Shown: one piece after another, positions 62,676-64,000 of the stretch | Numbering within the stretch: the first letter of the stretch is position 1 | Layout: each line of letters begins with the position of its first letter | Program-made: the position numbers and the translations under genes | The notes under the pieces: model-generated | What the model was told of the DNA's origin: nothing | What the model saw: the letters and a program-made list of their open reading frames with translations, nothing else | Databases searched by the model: none | Assembly (NCBI GenBank): GCA_963514005.1 | Contig: OY740786.1 | Span: 34,286,001-34,350,000, forward strand | DNA: 64,000 nt | Direction of reading: 5' to 3' | Source: Raja brachyura | Lineage: Eukaryota

Positions 62676-63796
62676 CCTAATATATGTCTATCTTTGGTGT
62701 AAACCAGCATCTGCAGTTCCTCGTTTCCTACACAAAGAAGGAATGGCAGATTTCTTGCACTGAAGTCAGGTGAGGTTTAGACCACCCCAAATCATTTCAT
62801 GGCCGTCTTATTTCCAACTAGCTTTTTAATTCCAGATTGATTTACTTACTTTAATTTAAATTCCCTATCTTCTGTGGTGGGATTAGAACTCATCCATCCA
62901 AATCAATAAGCCAAGCCTTCGCATGTCGGTCCTGAATATTAACCACTTTGCAAGCATGTGTATTAAGCAGGTAATTTAGCTTGTCTTTTGTCTGACATTA
63001 TCCTTGATCGTATTGTAATGAACTGATTTCACGTGTCACAGTGCTTTTCCTTTAAGCAAAAGTGAGATTCCACTGCGATGATGGGGGATGGGGATAAGCA
63101 AACAAAGCTGTAACAGCCTGATGGTACATCTGGGACAATAATGAGGCATACATCTCTTTCACTAGCCCAGGATTAACGATCAAAGCAAGCATTGGGTTGG
63201 ACTGCCAAGCGTGTAGCTCACAGTTGCCACTGGCAGCAGCGGGCAACAGATGGGACATCGCGGAGAAAGGAATGACAATTAAAGACACCGTAGAATCGAC
63301 ACATTCAGAGCACGCTACATGTAATCTGGCCTACCCTGCCCTGAGGACACATGGGAGGAAATGCTTGCAGTGGAAGAGAATTCTCAAAAGATCCAGATGT
63401 CCAGATTAGACTTTTCCAGGAATGGGCAAATTCCCCAGAGGAACCAACGAGCCGGGAAAATGCGCATGAAAATGGAGCATGAGAATTAGAAAAGACGCTG
63501 CATGTTTTTGCTCTCAAAAACCTACCAGCTGCTCTGCCTCTCACAAGGTGGGCTCAGGAAGCAAGCTCCCACCCAGTCAACAGGGGGATATGTTTAAGGG
63601 TTTAAGAAGGAACTGCAGATGCTAGAGAATCGAGGGTACACAAAAGGCTGGAGAAACTCAGCGGCTGCAGCAGCATCTAAGGAGCGAAGGAGATAGGCGA
63701 TGTTTCTGGTCGAGACCCTTCTTCAGACGTTTAAGGGTCTGAATAGGACTGTTCTTGTAATTGGATAGGAGGGCAGAAGTGAGTAGTACTTTGGAG

Positions 63797-64000
63797 GTGT
63801 AGGAAGGAACTGCAGTTGCTGGTTTAAACCGAAGACAGGCACAAAAGGCTGGTGTAACTCAGCGGGACAGGCAGCATCTCTGGAGAGAAGGAATGGGTGA
63901 CATTTCGGGTCAAGACACATCTTTAGACTAGTTAGGGATAAGGGAAACGAGAGATATAGACGATGATGTGGAGAGATAAAGAACAATGAATGAAATATAT
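63797..64000 (-). mobile_element. Penelope pLTR copy running off the window end
   Basis: Closely matches 12946-13140. Confidence 0.8.

Overview
This 64-kb window is repeat-rich vertebrate genomic DNA, most likely from a cartilaginous fish (skate or ray). That assignment is inferred from HE1-type V-SINEs, CR1/HER1 LINEs and Penelope elements. The only host coding sequence I recognise is one 526-bp minus-strand exon of KLF12 (50491-51016, PVDLS CtBP-binding motif), so the rest of the window is probably KLF12 intron. Mobile elements include a structurally complete DIRS1-type tyrosine-recombinase retrotransposon (19179-24533), a full-length Passport-like Tc1 (31081-32738), two Rex1/Babar-like LINEs, a HERO-like RLE LINE, many CR1 pieces, Harbinger-like and Tc1/pogo-like MITEs, and V-SINEs. 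Three observations stand out. (1) A hAT-like terminus is followed by what looks like a captured exon 1 of TDP2 (UBA-like domain) with its splice donor (35398-35934). (2) About 20 Penelope-derived short elements carry a minimal hammerhead ribozyme motif; they are often palindromic and flanked by 10-14 bp target-site duplications. (3) There are two templated or filler insertions at and within a Rex1 element. Family names come from recognised motifs, not database searches. Repeat boundaries are approximate unless TSDs or TIRs are cited.
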